Shown: positions 13,858 to 22,363, counted from the first letter of the stretch. The stretch: 64,000 nt of DNA from Octopus bimaculoides (GCF_001194135.2 NC_068993.1:6543958-6607957); one strand, 5' to 3'. Program-made: numbers and translations. The notes: generated by a model not told the origin, from the letters alone.

Positions 13858-15646
13858 TGGTGGTTGTCTACTCCTTAAACAGAGTTTGACCACCTCCTGC
13901 ATCTACACCTTAGCCCTTTCATGGCGTCTGATGTGGCTTTTTAAACCAGACAGTGTTTTGAAAAAACACCCACACAGATTGCACCTCTGATTTGCACTAC
14001 CAATACCTGCAAGTAAGTTCTGCTCATTGTGGATCCTAACATGTCTTTTAAGACCCCCATTGGATTTGCAAACCCTCTGGCACACACCACATTCAAACGT
14101 GTGCACAGACATATAATCAGAATAGCTGGGTGAGGTTTGTTTTCCATGGGTTCGCAGGTGAGATTTGAGGCCAGCCAAGGACAGACATGGTATATATACA
14201 TCTGTGTGTGCACGTGCATGGAATTTTGACTGGCAACTGTTGGCTCTCGTTGGAGCTCATCAATACAATGAAACTCAAGACCAACTATTTGGTCTATGTT
14301 TAGTAAAAACATTTAGGAACTAAACACGATCGGGTTTCTTTCCTTCTCTTATTTTTTCTTTCTTCCTTTCTCCCTTAACAGTGGAGAAGAGGTGTGATGA
14401 TGATGATTGTATATATATATTTCTTCTTTCTTTTCCTGTGCCTTAAATGCATGTGTGCGGTTTGTGTGGTAGTGATAGTGGTGGTGGTGCATGTGTGAGT
14501 GAAAACAAAACCCACTTAGAGCTGAGACAAGTTGTCAAGTGTCTTAATAAAGGGCTGGTACCAGTAAAAAGCTTTATCTGCATGGAATCTTGCACCCCAC
14601 ATCTGTATAAAATCTTGATACTATAAACTAAACTTTCTGTTTCTAGATTTGCAGCTGTATTCCAAGAACCGTTCCTCACAATGGACTGAGGAAGCCATTC
14701 AGATATCCCAAAACCAAGGAATTAGCTTTAAGATAAAGCCACCCTCAAAGTAAGATCTTGTTTGTCTTTTATTATTATTTTTATTATTACTGTGTTTATT
14801 GTTAAGGCAAACTGGCAGAATAATTACTGCACCGGAGAAAATATTTTGCACCATTTCATCCGGCTCTTTATGTCCAAAATTCAAATTCCACTTGATGTTG
14901 ATTTTGCCCTTCATTCTTTCAGAGCTGGTGAAATAAGTACCAGTTCAGTTTTGGGGCTATATGTAATCGACTTACCTCTACCCTCAAAATTTGTTGGCCT
15001 TAGGCCAAAAATAAGGAATTATCACTGTGAGTGTTAATCCTAAAAGAGTGGATTTATGTAATTAGAAATCAAAAATAAAAGCTGGGACAAATGTACTTCC
15101 ACCATGCAGCTTGCCCAAGGGCGTTTATACATCCATATTTGTTAACGGTTATTTTTAATACTTTTCTCGCTGGATTGCATGTTCGCTTCTGTTTTTTCCC
15201 ATCTGTGATTTTATTTTTGATCTTCTATATATATGAAGATATTTCCTCCGTCTGGTTGCTTTTCTTTCTAGAAAACAAGATGTTACATTGTGGAACTCTT
15301 ATTCTAATAAGTTGTGTCTCTTTATCAACCAATGAGATACATCCTGAAGCGGCTGTTGAGTGTCTTACTCATGAGGGATCGATGTGGCGAAACAATTGTC
15401 ATGATTAATAATGAATTCTTGTATATTCCATCTTCTGTCTTTCATTTGTCATATATATATATGTGTGTGTGTGTGTGGTGCATGTATGTATAATATTTAT
15501 GAATACGATACTTATATCTGATGCATGCATGCTTTCAATTATCATTTTATTTTATTTCAATCCAGATGTGAAACTGTATATATGTTGAAGCCATCACACA
15601 TACTGTGGGTGAGTATGCATATATTTACACACACACACAGATACTG

Positions 15647-15677
<31 letters not shown>

Positions 15678-18600
15678 TACACACGTACTGAGAGAAACAA
15701 TATTTCTTGTTATCATTATTATCATTATTATTATAATAATCATTATTATCATTGTTGTTGTTGTTAAGGCAGCGAGCTTGCATAATCGTTAGCATGATGA
15801 GCAAAATGATTCAAGGCATTTCATCTGTACTTTTTCTCTGAGTTTAAATTCCACCAAGGTTGACTTTGCCTTTCATCTTTTTGGGATAAGTAACAGTTAC
15901 GCACTGGGGTCGATGTAATCGATTAGCCCCTCCCCCCAAATTTCAGGCCTTATGCCTATAGTAGAAAGGATTATTATCATTATCATCATCATCATCATCA
16001 TTATTATTATTATTATTATTAAGGTGGCGAGCTGGCAGAATCATTAGCATGCTGGACAAAATGCTTAGTAGTATTTCACTCATCGCTATGTTCTGAGTTC
16101 AAATTCCACCAAGAACGACTTTGCCTTCTATCCTTTCGGGGGTTGATAAATTAAGTACCAGTGAAACACTGGGGCTGATGTAACTGTCTAGTCTCCTCCC
16201 TGCAAATTTCAAGCCTCGTGCCTTTAGTAGAAAAGAATATTATTATTATTATTATTTCATTTCTAGGACTGGCAGAAACAGCTGCAATGTATCAAAGGTA
16301 AGATGGCATTGATTCTAAGAATATAATCTATTTTTAGAATTTATCAGATACTCAAGACTCCAGACATTAATCTCCCACCATCCCCCTCTCTAGTGTATGA
16401 GTGTATGTGTGATAAAGAGATTGTGTGTGAATGTGTGTGTGTGTTAGGGCAAAGATCTGATAACTAGTGACCTACAACTAGTAACCAGGTGGACTAGAAC
16501 AATCTTTTCATGGCTGCGAATTTGGTGAGCAAACCCTAAAACCCTACAAAGTCTGCTTGATGAGAGGGTGGTTTCAGGGGTCAGTCTGCAGGATGAGAAA
16601 CAAAACCCGATTGGTCAGCCAATAATATGTGTGTGCGTGAATGTGTGTATAAAAGCATGTGGCTTAGGGATTAGATTATTCGGCTCATGATTGTAAGGTT
16701 ATGAGTTCGATTCCTGGAGACACATTGTGTCCTTGAGCAAGACACTTTATTTCACATTGCTTTACTCCACTCAACTGGCAAAAATGAGTAGTCCTCTGCC
16801 CTGTGTTTCAAAGGGCCAGCCGTGTCACATTTTGTATCACAATGACTCTCCCTGAGAACTGTATCGAGGGTATACGTGTCTATGGAGTGCTCAGCCACGT
16901 TCTCATTCACGAACAGTCTGTTTTGTTGATTGGATCAACTGGAACACTTGTCGTAAGCGACAGAGTGCCAGTCAGATATACATATATTTATTTCCTGCCA
17001 TCTCTGAAGAGTATCATGTGTGTTAGTTAACTGCCCTGTAACCTAACATCTAGTGTGAAACCAATTGGCAAGTTTGGCTGAAATGGATCTATAATACAGT
17101 ATATTTTGATTTATATATACATACATACATACATATATAAATATATATATATATATATCCACACACATGTAGATATATGTATGTGTTTTTGTGAGTGAAC
17201 AAGCATGTGTGCATGTACATTTTTGTGTGTATGAAGATGTACATGGGAGAAGAATACCTGAATATATAAGCATGAATTTGTACCATTTTCTACTTTCCAA
17301 GATCCTGTTAACAAAGATTTCCTTCTGCAAGTATCAACTGCCATTGGAAACAAATGGCAACTTCTGGCACAAGAACTGAACGTCTCTGGGCTGGTTATGA
17401 AACGGATAAAGACAACTGCCAGTGATAAAGCTCCTCATGTGGCCTGTTTCAACATGTTAATTGCATGGCATAACTCTCTACCTGTTACAAGCGATAAGGT
17501 CAGTTATTATAGCTATTATTGTTTAACCATGGGCTAGCTTCCTTTGAGTAGATCTTTCATCAAAAGCATTCCACCACAGACATATACATGCATAAACACG
17601 CATACACACACTCACACATGTATAACTTAAACCTTTAGCACACATAAGTGCATAATGGTGCCATACGAACTTCCCTCTATAATTGCAGGTGCACTGGGTC
17701 GCATTGAAAGGGGACATAACTTATACGGTAACAATGCAGCTACAGTATGCTAAAGGTCAAAGCCATTTTTAACTCTTTTGGTACCAATATGTCTGAGATG
17801 GTCTCTGGTTCTTATATAAAATCTCTCATTTTTAAATAAGTTTTCAGATCCACTTTTTTTTAAAGTTGGCATGGATTGAATGAGGAATTCTTGTAGTGGT
17901 ATGCTATGGTAAAATATATTCATGGACATAAATATCAACTGCTTAGGAAATTCATTGGCAGGAGCTCCAGGGCACCCCAATCATATCAACAAGCTTGTCA
18001 ACTGTTCAGTGACGGTCCTCCAAGATCAGTTCATGCATTTTTGTGAGGTTTTCATTCGTTCGGGATGTCGACGGTCGCCCTGAATGAGGTTGGTCTTCAA
18101 GCGACAAGTGACCATTCCTAAAGTATGAAAACCACTTGTGAACTTATGTTTTGCTCATGGCAGCATTGTTGTAAGCTGTTTGAAGCACGACAGCTGTTTT
18201 CTCCAGCAGAAAACAGAACTTTACAGAAGCAGGCTGTTCCTTTGTTTCAGCCGTCGCAAAAATCAATGAACAAAGGAGAAGCACCACTAAACAAAGATGC
18301 ACCACATGGCAGTAGGACTACATCCAATGCTGCCAGAGGGCAGACTGATGCCTGAGGGTCACATCAACTGGCTTCTAAAGGCAGAAGCCTGAACTACAAC
18401 AGTTTTATCCCACAGAGAATGTTTCCAATTACTTTTGTGTAACCCCTTGTACACTGAAACTGTTTAAAAAAAAAAATTCCAACATTTCAGGTAAAACCCC
18501 TCACTTCAGCTCTCTCAGTCCTTGGCTACAAACAACTTGCTGAACAATTAAACACAACAGCAGAAGAGTACAGTCACAAGTGTCAAACAGCTCTTTCTGG

Positions 18601-20719
18601 TAAACATTCAGGAAAATTTTTCTAATATTTATAATTAATTAGATTTTGTTAATAACTAGCAGCTATCTATGCAGGGCCTTGCTTTGTTTCTCTCACACTT
18701 TAACCCTTCATTCCATTGCATAAAATCGCCACCTTCTTTAATGTAACCCCATTCAGGGATCTAAGTTTTGCAAGCTTCACAGCAACTTCACTGGTGCTGG
18801 TGCCATGAAAAATGCTCAGTACTTGTAAAGTGGTTGGTGCTAAGAAGGGCAGGCACCCAGCTGTAGAACCCATGCCAAAGCAGACTTTAAACCAATCAGA
18901 ACCTGTCAGAAAATTCAACCCATGGCAACTGGAAACATAGGCATCAAATAATTATGATGATGGAATAAATATCAATCATGTGCTTAAGCTTAGAGATTAG
19001 CTATCACTTGTGCGAGAAAGTGGCATGGTATCACGTACCAGTCTTGCTAAAACACTGGTGTTTATGTACATTATTTACATTTGGTGGATATTTGTCCTCA
19101 TCTGGTTTGTTGTTAACACAACATTTCGGCTGACATACCCTCCAGCCTTCATCAGGTGTCTTGGGGAAATTTCGAACCTGGGTTCTCATTCCTAAGGTAT
19201 TTTTCTTCTCACCTGAATAATAATATCGAAAAATACCTTAGAAATGAGAACTTTCCCCAAGACACCTGATGAAGGCTGGAGGGTATATCAGCCGAAACGT
19301 GTTAACAACAAACAAGATGAGGACAAATAGCCATCAAATGAACATAATTCCTCATCTCTAAATATAGAACCAGTGTTTATGTTGTCAGAAGCACACAGAT
19401 ACCATTTTGTTGTCTCTCCTATTCTTTGGCCCAATAGAACATCGTGGAAATGACAGATGGAGAGCAATGGGCATGCAACTTTTTACAAAAGTATGGTATC
19501 TATCAATCATAGGTGCCATATTTTCCTACAAAATTTGTCCTTTTAAAAATGCAATAACCCCCTTATTGAAATCTCAGAACTACAAAATAATGTCTAAATT
19601 ATTTAAAACAATGTAAATAAATAAGCTTTACATTTGATAGAAAACTTTGAATGCTAAAGGGTTAACAAAATTTTGTTCGAGAAGGAAATCAATATTTTAA
19701 TTGAATGCATAAATTCCATGGTTTTTTTGCAGATTGTGAGAAAAAGAAATTCTTTGATTTCCTTTGCCGTTCTAAAGCTCTGGCAATCAGATGGCAGGAA
19801 CTGGCCACATATCTGGGTATTTCAGAAGAAACACAGGAAAACATTGACAAACGGGTTGATCTATCTCTTCGAGAAAAGTGCTTTTCTGTCTTGGAATGTT
19901 GGCAAAAATATGATCAAGAACTACTCCAGAAATCTCTCACAAAACTCAGTCACCAGTTCCTTGCTTGTAAGTATTCAAAATCTCGAGTTCCAATGCATTT
20001 TCATAGGGTTTATGCTTTCAGTTGCTGTCATTTGCTACAAACACGTATATCTGTGAGTTCCCTCTGTGTTTACATTTGGAATAAAAATGGTAAGAACTTT
20101 CAGGTCTCCCTTGAGAATGAATTTGTTACAGAAACTATGCGGAAGCCCATCACACATACAGAGAGACATCTATCTATTATTTGATATTACCATCATTCAT
20201 ATTGAATGTTTTCTATATTTTAACTAATATAGGCGCAGGAGTGGCTGTGTGGTAAGTAGCTTGCTTACCAACCACATGGTTCCAGTTTCAGTCCCACTGC
20301 GTGGCACCTTGGGCAAGTGTCTTCTACTATAGCCTTGGGCCGACCAAAGCCTTGTGAGTGAATTTCGTAGACGGAAACTGAAAGAAGCCCGTCATATATA
20401 TATATATATGTATGTGTGTTTGCGTGTCTGTGTTTGTCCCCCCACCATTGCTTGACAACCGATGGTGGTGTGTTTACATCCCCGTAACGTTCGGCAAAAG
20501 AGACCGATAGCATAAGTACTAGGCTTCCANNNNNNNNNNAAAAAAAAAAAAAAAAAAAAAAAAAAGAGTATATCTAATTTTCATCATTTGATCATTAATA
20601 ACTTTTATATTTCTAAACTGATTTCAGGTAGAGTTCCTGCTTTCAAACAGAAAACTGAAGCAACACCACGACCACAACCACCACCACGACCAACAAAAGT
20701 CACCTTTGATATTCCATAA
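42..20719 (+). CDS. Polycystin-1-like (PKD1L/REJ family) channel with C-terminal ZU5-ZU5-death-death tail; 5' part lies outside the window
   Basis: Exons 42-690, 1665-1779, 2338-2576, 2812-2986, 3808-3891, 4955-5545, 6693-7238, 8189-8244, 10091-10338, 11820-12003, 12270-12425, 12961-13143, 13580-13685, 14647-14749, 15566-15608, 16267-16297, 17302-17498, 18491-18599, 19733-19966, 20628-20719. All are GT-AG with compatible phases, no internal stop, TAA at 20717-20719. PKD motifs: YYFECNNWLAFDKGDG (PLAT end), FTRVQRLS, FVQPLKV, LRQIR, WIDERTRVVTIDISTYNAN, LLNVCISIINDTF. Confidence 0.9.
1665..1779 (+). CDS. PKD1L exon (end of TM5, loop)
   Basis: ctag|VVFTAMLLSFIFKSPSTEEDKYETDLCSDRFNDLSQFP|gtaaat; phase 0 to 1. 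Confidence 0.85.
2338..2576 (+). CDS. PKD1L exon (S1 helix)
   Basis: ttttcag|VPKESLK...FRCLYIVLLLILIAN...KKFSQ|gtaaat. Confidence 0.9.
2812..2986 (+). CDS. PKD1L exon (TOP/polycystin domain)
   Basis: ttag|KGGIELMWDWIEKYAVPGIF...RRLGGIRLRQIRMVK|gtaaat. Confidence 0.92.
3808..3891 (+). CDS. PKD1L exon (TOP domain)
   Basis: ccag|PCHMSRIIKMCIPNYSAEHEDTKDYLP|gtaaac; phase 1 to 1. Confidence 0.88.
4955..5545 (+). CDS. PKD1L exon (TOP domain, S2, S3)
   Basis: gcag|GWKIG...AFKYTSEEKAG...LRLNTWIDERTRVVTIDISTYNANSGLF...KNP|gtaaac. Confidence 0.95.
6487..6658 (+). mobile_element. RTE LINE 3' UTR fragment ending in (GAT)n, young family
   Basis: Near-identical copies at about 30835-31010(-), 43845-44008(+), 57388-57545(+). 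Confidence 0.8.
6693..7238 (+). CDS. PKD1L exon (S4, S5, pore, S6)
   Basis: tttcag|DAYVSGNLMASRVMVYF...STYLALFRIFLAMGKF...LLNVCISIINDTFSFVK...KKKISSE|gttatt. Confidence 0.93.
7331..7490. mobile_element. Foldback MITE-like hairpin with TATA ends
   Basis: tcagactcaaatggctgaaggcacatagcctctctacaac pairs with gttgtagagaggtcatatgtcttcaaacatttgagtctga. Confidence 0.6.
7700..8020 (+). mobile_element. Degenerate LINE 3' end with eroded C2H2 motifs
   Basis: QSKAGLAFHSRK and FCQKVCKVLEGLKR resemble the zinc-finger tail at 13903-14178. Confidence 0.4.
8189..8244 (+). CDS. PKD1L cytoplasmic-tail exon
   Basis: ttcaag|EKYLPVRMNSQITKKVFQK|gtaagt; this acceptor gives the phase 1 to 0 bridge into 10091 (an AG at 8189-8190 would give another frame). 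Confidence 0.65.
8452..9627. mobile_element. Penelope-like inverted-arm retroelement with 12-bp target-site duplication
   Basis: Inverted arms containing ctgatgaagg...ccgaaacg; TSD ataacctacaat at 8440-8451 and 9628-9639. Confidence 0.6.
9274..9597 (-). mobile_element. RTE-clade LINE, reverse-transcriptase C-terminal fragment
   Basis: RRLRWYGHVVRMDEDSCVKKC...GRGRPRKTWAEVVRQDL; runs into an N gap. Confidence 0.9.
10091..10338 (+). CDS. PKD1L tail exon (helical linker, start of ZU5-A)
   Basis: ctttcag|FDLLVCESISDFEE...VKKICNGGTSWTL(W)|gtaata; phase 0 to 2. Confidence 0.75.
10542..10612 (-). pseudogene. Degenerate tRNA-like sequence (tRNA pseudogene or SINE head)
   Basis: D stem gttc/gaac around TGG, T-loop ggttcatatccc, about 71 nt, several stem mismatches. 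Confidence 0.4.
10962..11150 (+). mobile_element. Mariner transposase C-terminal remnant
   Basis: EASVKEFFTSKNKNWYQRGNKELVENRFHMVQNDG resembles the mariner C-terminus (FF.SK...WY.RGI..L..RW......DG.YF). Confidence 0.75.
11820..12003 (+). CDS. PKD1L tail exon (ZU5-A)
   Basis: aaaacag|YYWKYKDPVLKV...LPQMQQSQFVGPVVWICQPTTCNVDQ|gtaagg; phase 2 to 0. Confidence 0.75.
12270..12425 (+). CDS. PKD1L tail exon (ZU5-A C-half)
   Basis: tttacag|STLEITSFCH...ELIESSDGINWSNY...PHLEE|gtatga. Confidence 0.78.
12961..13143 (+). CDS. PKD1L tail exon (ZU5-A/ZU5-B junction)
   Basis: aatag|HSYEDEKLIRQLPCYIALTKRMRAETWLFHGTKLVSSLEPNLSIMIPLEASLSQKIVLRLK|gtaaga; exact acceptor uncertain. Confidence 0.75.
13580..13685 (+). 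CDS. PKD1L tail exon (ZU5-B)
   Basis: ttctag|LNPYQPIPQLFLTFNIDLQQPITVHFSTTSNTTFP|gtaagt. Confidence 0.8.
13856..14300 (-). mobile_element. 5'-truncated LINE 3' end with three tandem C2H2 zinc fingers
   Basis: SLAGLKSHLRTH (first finger frameshifted), CGVCQRVCKSNGGLKRHVRIH, CNLCGCFFKTLSGLKSHIRRH; short 3' UTR ending in accaccacc and a (TA)n tract. Confidence 0.65.
14647..14749 (+). CDS. PKD1L tail exon (ZU5-B)
   Basis: ttctag|DLQLYSKNRSSQWTEEAIQISQNQGISFKIKPPS|gtaaga; phase 1 to 2. Confidence 0.8.
15566..15608 (+). CDS. PKD1L tail micro-exon
   Basis: tccag|(K)CETVYMLKPSHILW|gtgagt; open only with phase-2 entry, which is the phase supplied by the previous exon. Confidence 0.75.
16021..16237 (+). 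mobile_element. SINE family B
   Basis: gagctggcagaa...ctgagttcaaattcc...ccttc.atcctttcgggg...aagtaccag. Other copies at about 5590-5790(+), 11155-11352(-), 15765-15970(+), 32298-32510(-), 38378-38584(-), 43262-43480(-), 53645-53850(+). Confidence 0.85.
16267..16297 (+). CDS. PKD1L tail micro-exon
   Basis: ttctag|DWQKQLQCIK|gtaaga; phase 0 to 1. Confidence 0.72.
16650..16975 (+). mobile_element. tRNA-derived SINE family C
   Basis: gagttcgattcc...ccttgagcaagacactttatttcac. Other copies at about 25282-25615(+), 35838-36115(+), 36290-36545(-), 53190-53505(-), 63685-63915(+). Confidence 0.8.
17302..17498 (+). CDS. PKD1L tail exon: death domain 1, helices 1-4
   Basis: ttccaag|DPVNKDFLLQVSTAIGNKWQLLAQELNVSGLVMKRIKTTASDKAPHVACFNMLIAWHNSLPVTSDK|gtcagt; not in the ORF track. 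Confidence 0.88.
17943..18410 (-). mobile_element. Mariner transposase N-terminal (HTH) pseudogene fragment
   Basis: KEQPASVKFCFLLEKTAVVLQTAY...HKWFSYFRNGHLSLEDQPHSGRPSTS...LILEDR, with in-frame stops. Confidence 0.85.
18491..18599 (+). CDS. PKD1L tail exon: death domain 1, helices 5-6 and linker
   Basis: tttcag|VKPLTSALSVLGYKQLAEQLNTTAEEYSHKCQTALS|gtaaac. Confidence 0.86.
19068..19370. mobile_element. Penelope-like inverted-arm element, second copy
   Basis: About 130-bp inverted arms around a short spacer; flanking direct repeat gtgtttatgt at 19058-19067 and 19373-19382. Confidence 0.6.
19733..19966 (+). CDS. PKD1L tail exon: death domain 2
   Basis: ttgcag|DCEKKKFFDFLCRSKALAIRWQELATYLGISEETQENIDKRVDLSLREKCFSVLECWQKYDQELLQKSLTKLSHQFLA|gtaagt. 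Confidence 0.88.
20231..20528 (+). mobile_element. tRNA-derived SINE family A
   Basis: A-box tggctgtgtggtaag, B-box-like gttcagtccc. Other copies at about 49926-50290(+), 59464-59835(+), 40905-41062(+), 37015-37392(-), 40120-40468(-), 44990-45252(-), 63057-63175(+). Confidence 0.85.
20628..20719 (+). CDS. PKD1L terminal exon (Pro-rich tail, stop)
   Basis: tttcag|(C)RVPAFKQKTEATPRPQPPPRPTKVTFDIP* followed by a second TAA. Confidence 0.8.
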
Positions 20720-21003
20720 TAACCAAACTCCTCAATTTGGCACCAAAGGATTATTTTTCTGTTTTGCTTGTTTGTTTGTTTCTTTGGATTTTTGTGGATT
20801 TCGTCACTGTTTACAATTTTGTTCCAATTGTTTCCAAATTTGGAATATGGATTAAATGTTGTATACTAATTATGAAAATGAAGTTCGTTTTTTTTCTATA
20901 AATCCATAATTAAAAAGTTATTAGCCTTTAAAATTAGCAAAAATTTGGGTATTTTAACCAATCAGAAGTGAGTATTTTACACATCACCGTGGTGATAAAC
21001 TCT

Positions 21004-21038
21004 GTTTCCATAGTAACCAAAGATGCTGCGCATGCGCA
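21004..21038. promoter_or_regulatory. RFX X-box-like motif next to a perfect NRF1 palindrome
   Basis: GTTTCCATAGTAAC (21004-21017) fits GTHNYYATRRNAAC; TGCGCATGCGCA (21027-21038). Confidence 0.5.
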
Positions 21039-22152
21039 CAGGGAGGAGAAGGAAATACGACAAAGATAATCTTCTAGAAAAATACTCTTTATGTTTTTCT
21101 CCATCACAAAATATGAATAAGGAAGGAAGGGGTGATGACAAACTGGTAGTGGGAGAGTTTCAACTCTGTGAGTATGTGTGTGTGTGTGCAATGGAAGTGG
21201 GATGGTGAATATTCAACGCTGAAAATAAAAATAAAAACAGCGTTTCAACTTTGTGCGAGTAGTATGTGTGAGTAACAATGTCTTGATATGCCGATGCCTC
21301 CCCTCCCAATGATGGAAGAGGCAGTGAATGCGCTGTTTTCTGATTGGCTGAAAATTCTGAAAATTATCGAACTTTGAACACGTGTAACATTTTTGCAAAA
21401 TTTTTCTGGAATAAATGAACAAATTTAGATTCAGTGTCAAACATGACATCTATATGATACATTAAAAAAAAACCTTTTAACGATAATTGTAAACAATGAC
21501 GCAAAGCACAAAGATCTGTTTCTTTGTTTGCAAAATACTTCTTGCTCCATTCAGTTATTGAAGAAGAAAAATAAAATATTTAAAAACAAATATGGTGATT
21601 ATTCTATTTGTCAGATATTGATTTATTTCTTGTTAATAGGGACTGTTAATTAGAATTTAGTTTCACAGCAAATTGAAGACTGTGACCTCCGTTTCACTTT
21701 TGTTGGTTTTCAATTTTACACCTCATTCCGCCCCACTTCAATATCAGTAGTGGTGGTGGTGGTGAATGTTGGGGGCCTGCTTTCTTGGGCAAGTGCCTTC
21801 TACTACAGCCCCAGCCTGATAAAGACTTGTGAGCAGATTTGTATGATGGAAACTGAAAGAAGCCCATCATGTGTGTGTGTGTGTGTGTGTGCATTTATGT
21901 GCTTGTGTTGCATTTGTGTTACTCCCACTGTTTGACAACTGGTGTTGGTTTGTTTATATCCCCACAAAAGAGATCAACAGAATAAGCAATCGATTTGTTC
22001 AACTAAAACCCTTCGAGGTAGTGCCCCAGCTTGGCCACAGTTCAATGACTGAAACACGTAAAAGGTAAAAATGAATAAATACATCCACAAATTGCAACGA
22101 CTTCAGTAAGATAACATTTTAAACTTTATTACAAAAATATCGAGGCCCTCCG

Positions 22153-22363
22153 TTAACTGTCGCTGTCATCATCTGACCATTTGCTTACAAACATATTTGA
22201 AGAGTCTGTCAAAGCATTGTCATCTTCTGATTCACTTTCCATGCCTTCATCGTTTTCATCACCATCAGTCGAACCCTTAGATTTAGGGATCTCCTCAGCC
22301 CTTTTCCGCTTCAAGTGGCTTTGTTTTAGCAGGTACTGCATGGTGAATTCATTGTGTTCACAA
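22153..22363 (-). CDS. PWP2: PWP2 last exon (acidic tail, stop)
   Basis: CEHNEFTMQYL...DDDSDS*. Confidence 0.92.

Noticed and set aside
13903-14178. Stand-alone host C2H2 zinc-finger gene
   Set aside because: No ATG or splice context, the upstream finger is frameshifted, and it ends in a LINE-like UTR and microsatellite tail; better explained as a retroposon 3' end.
19705-20184. Independent single-exon death-domain gene
   Set aside because: The ATG lies in intronic sequence; the death-domain part is bounded by a good acceptor (19732) and donor (19967) in phase with the polycystin exons.
20231-20300. Functional tRNA genes at SINE heads
   Set aside because: A and B boxes are present but continue into SINE bodies with no complete cloverleaf.
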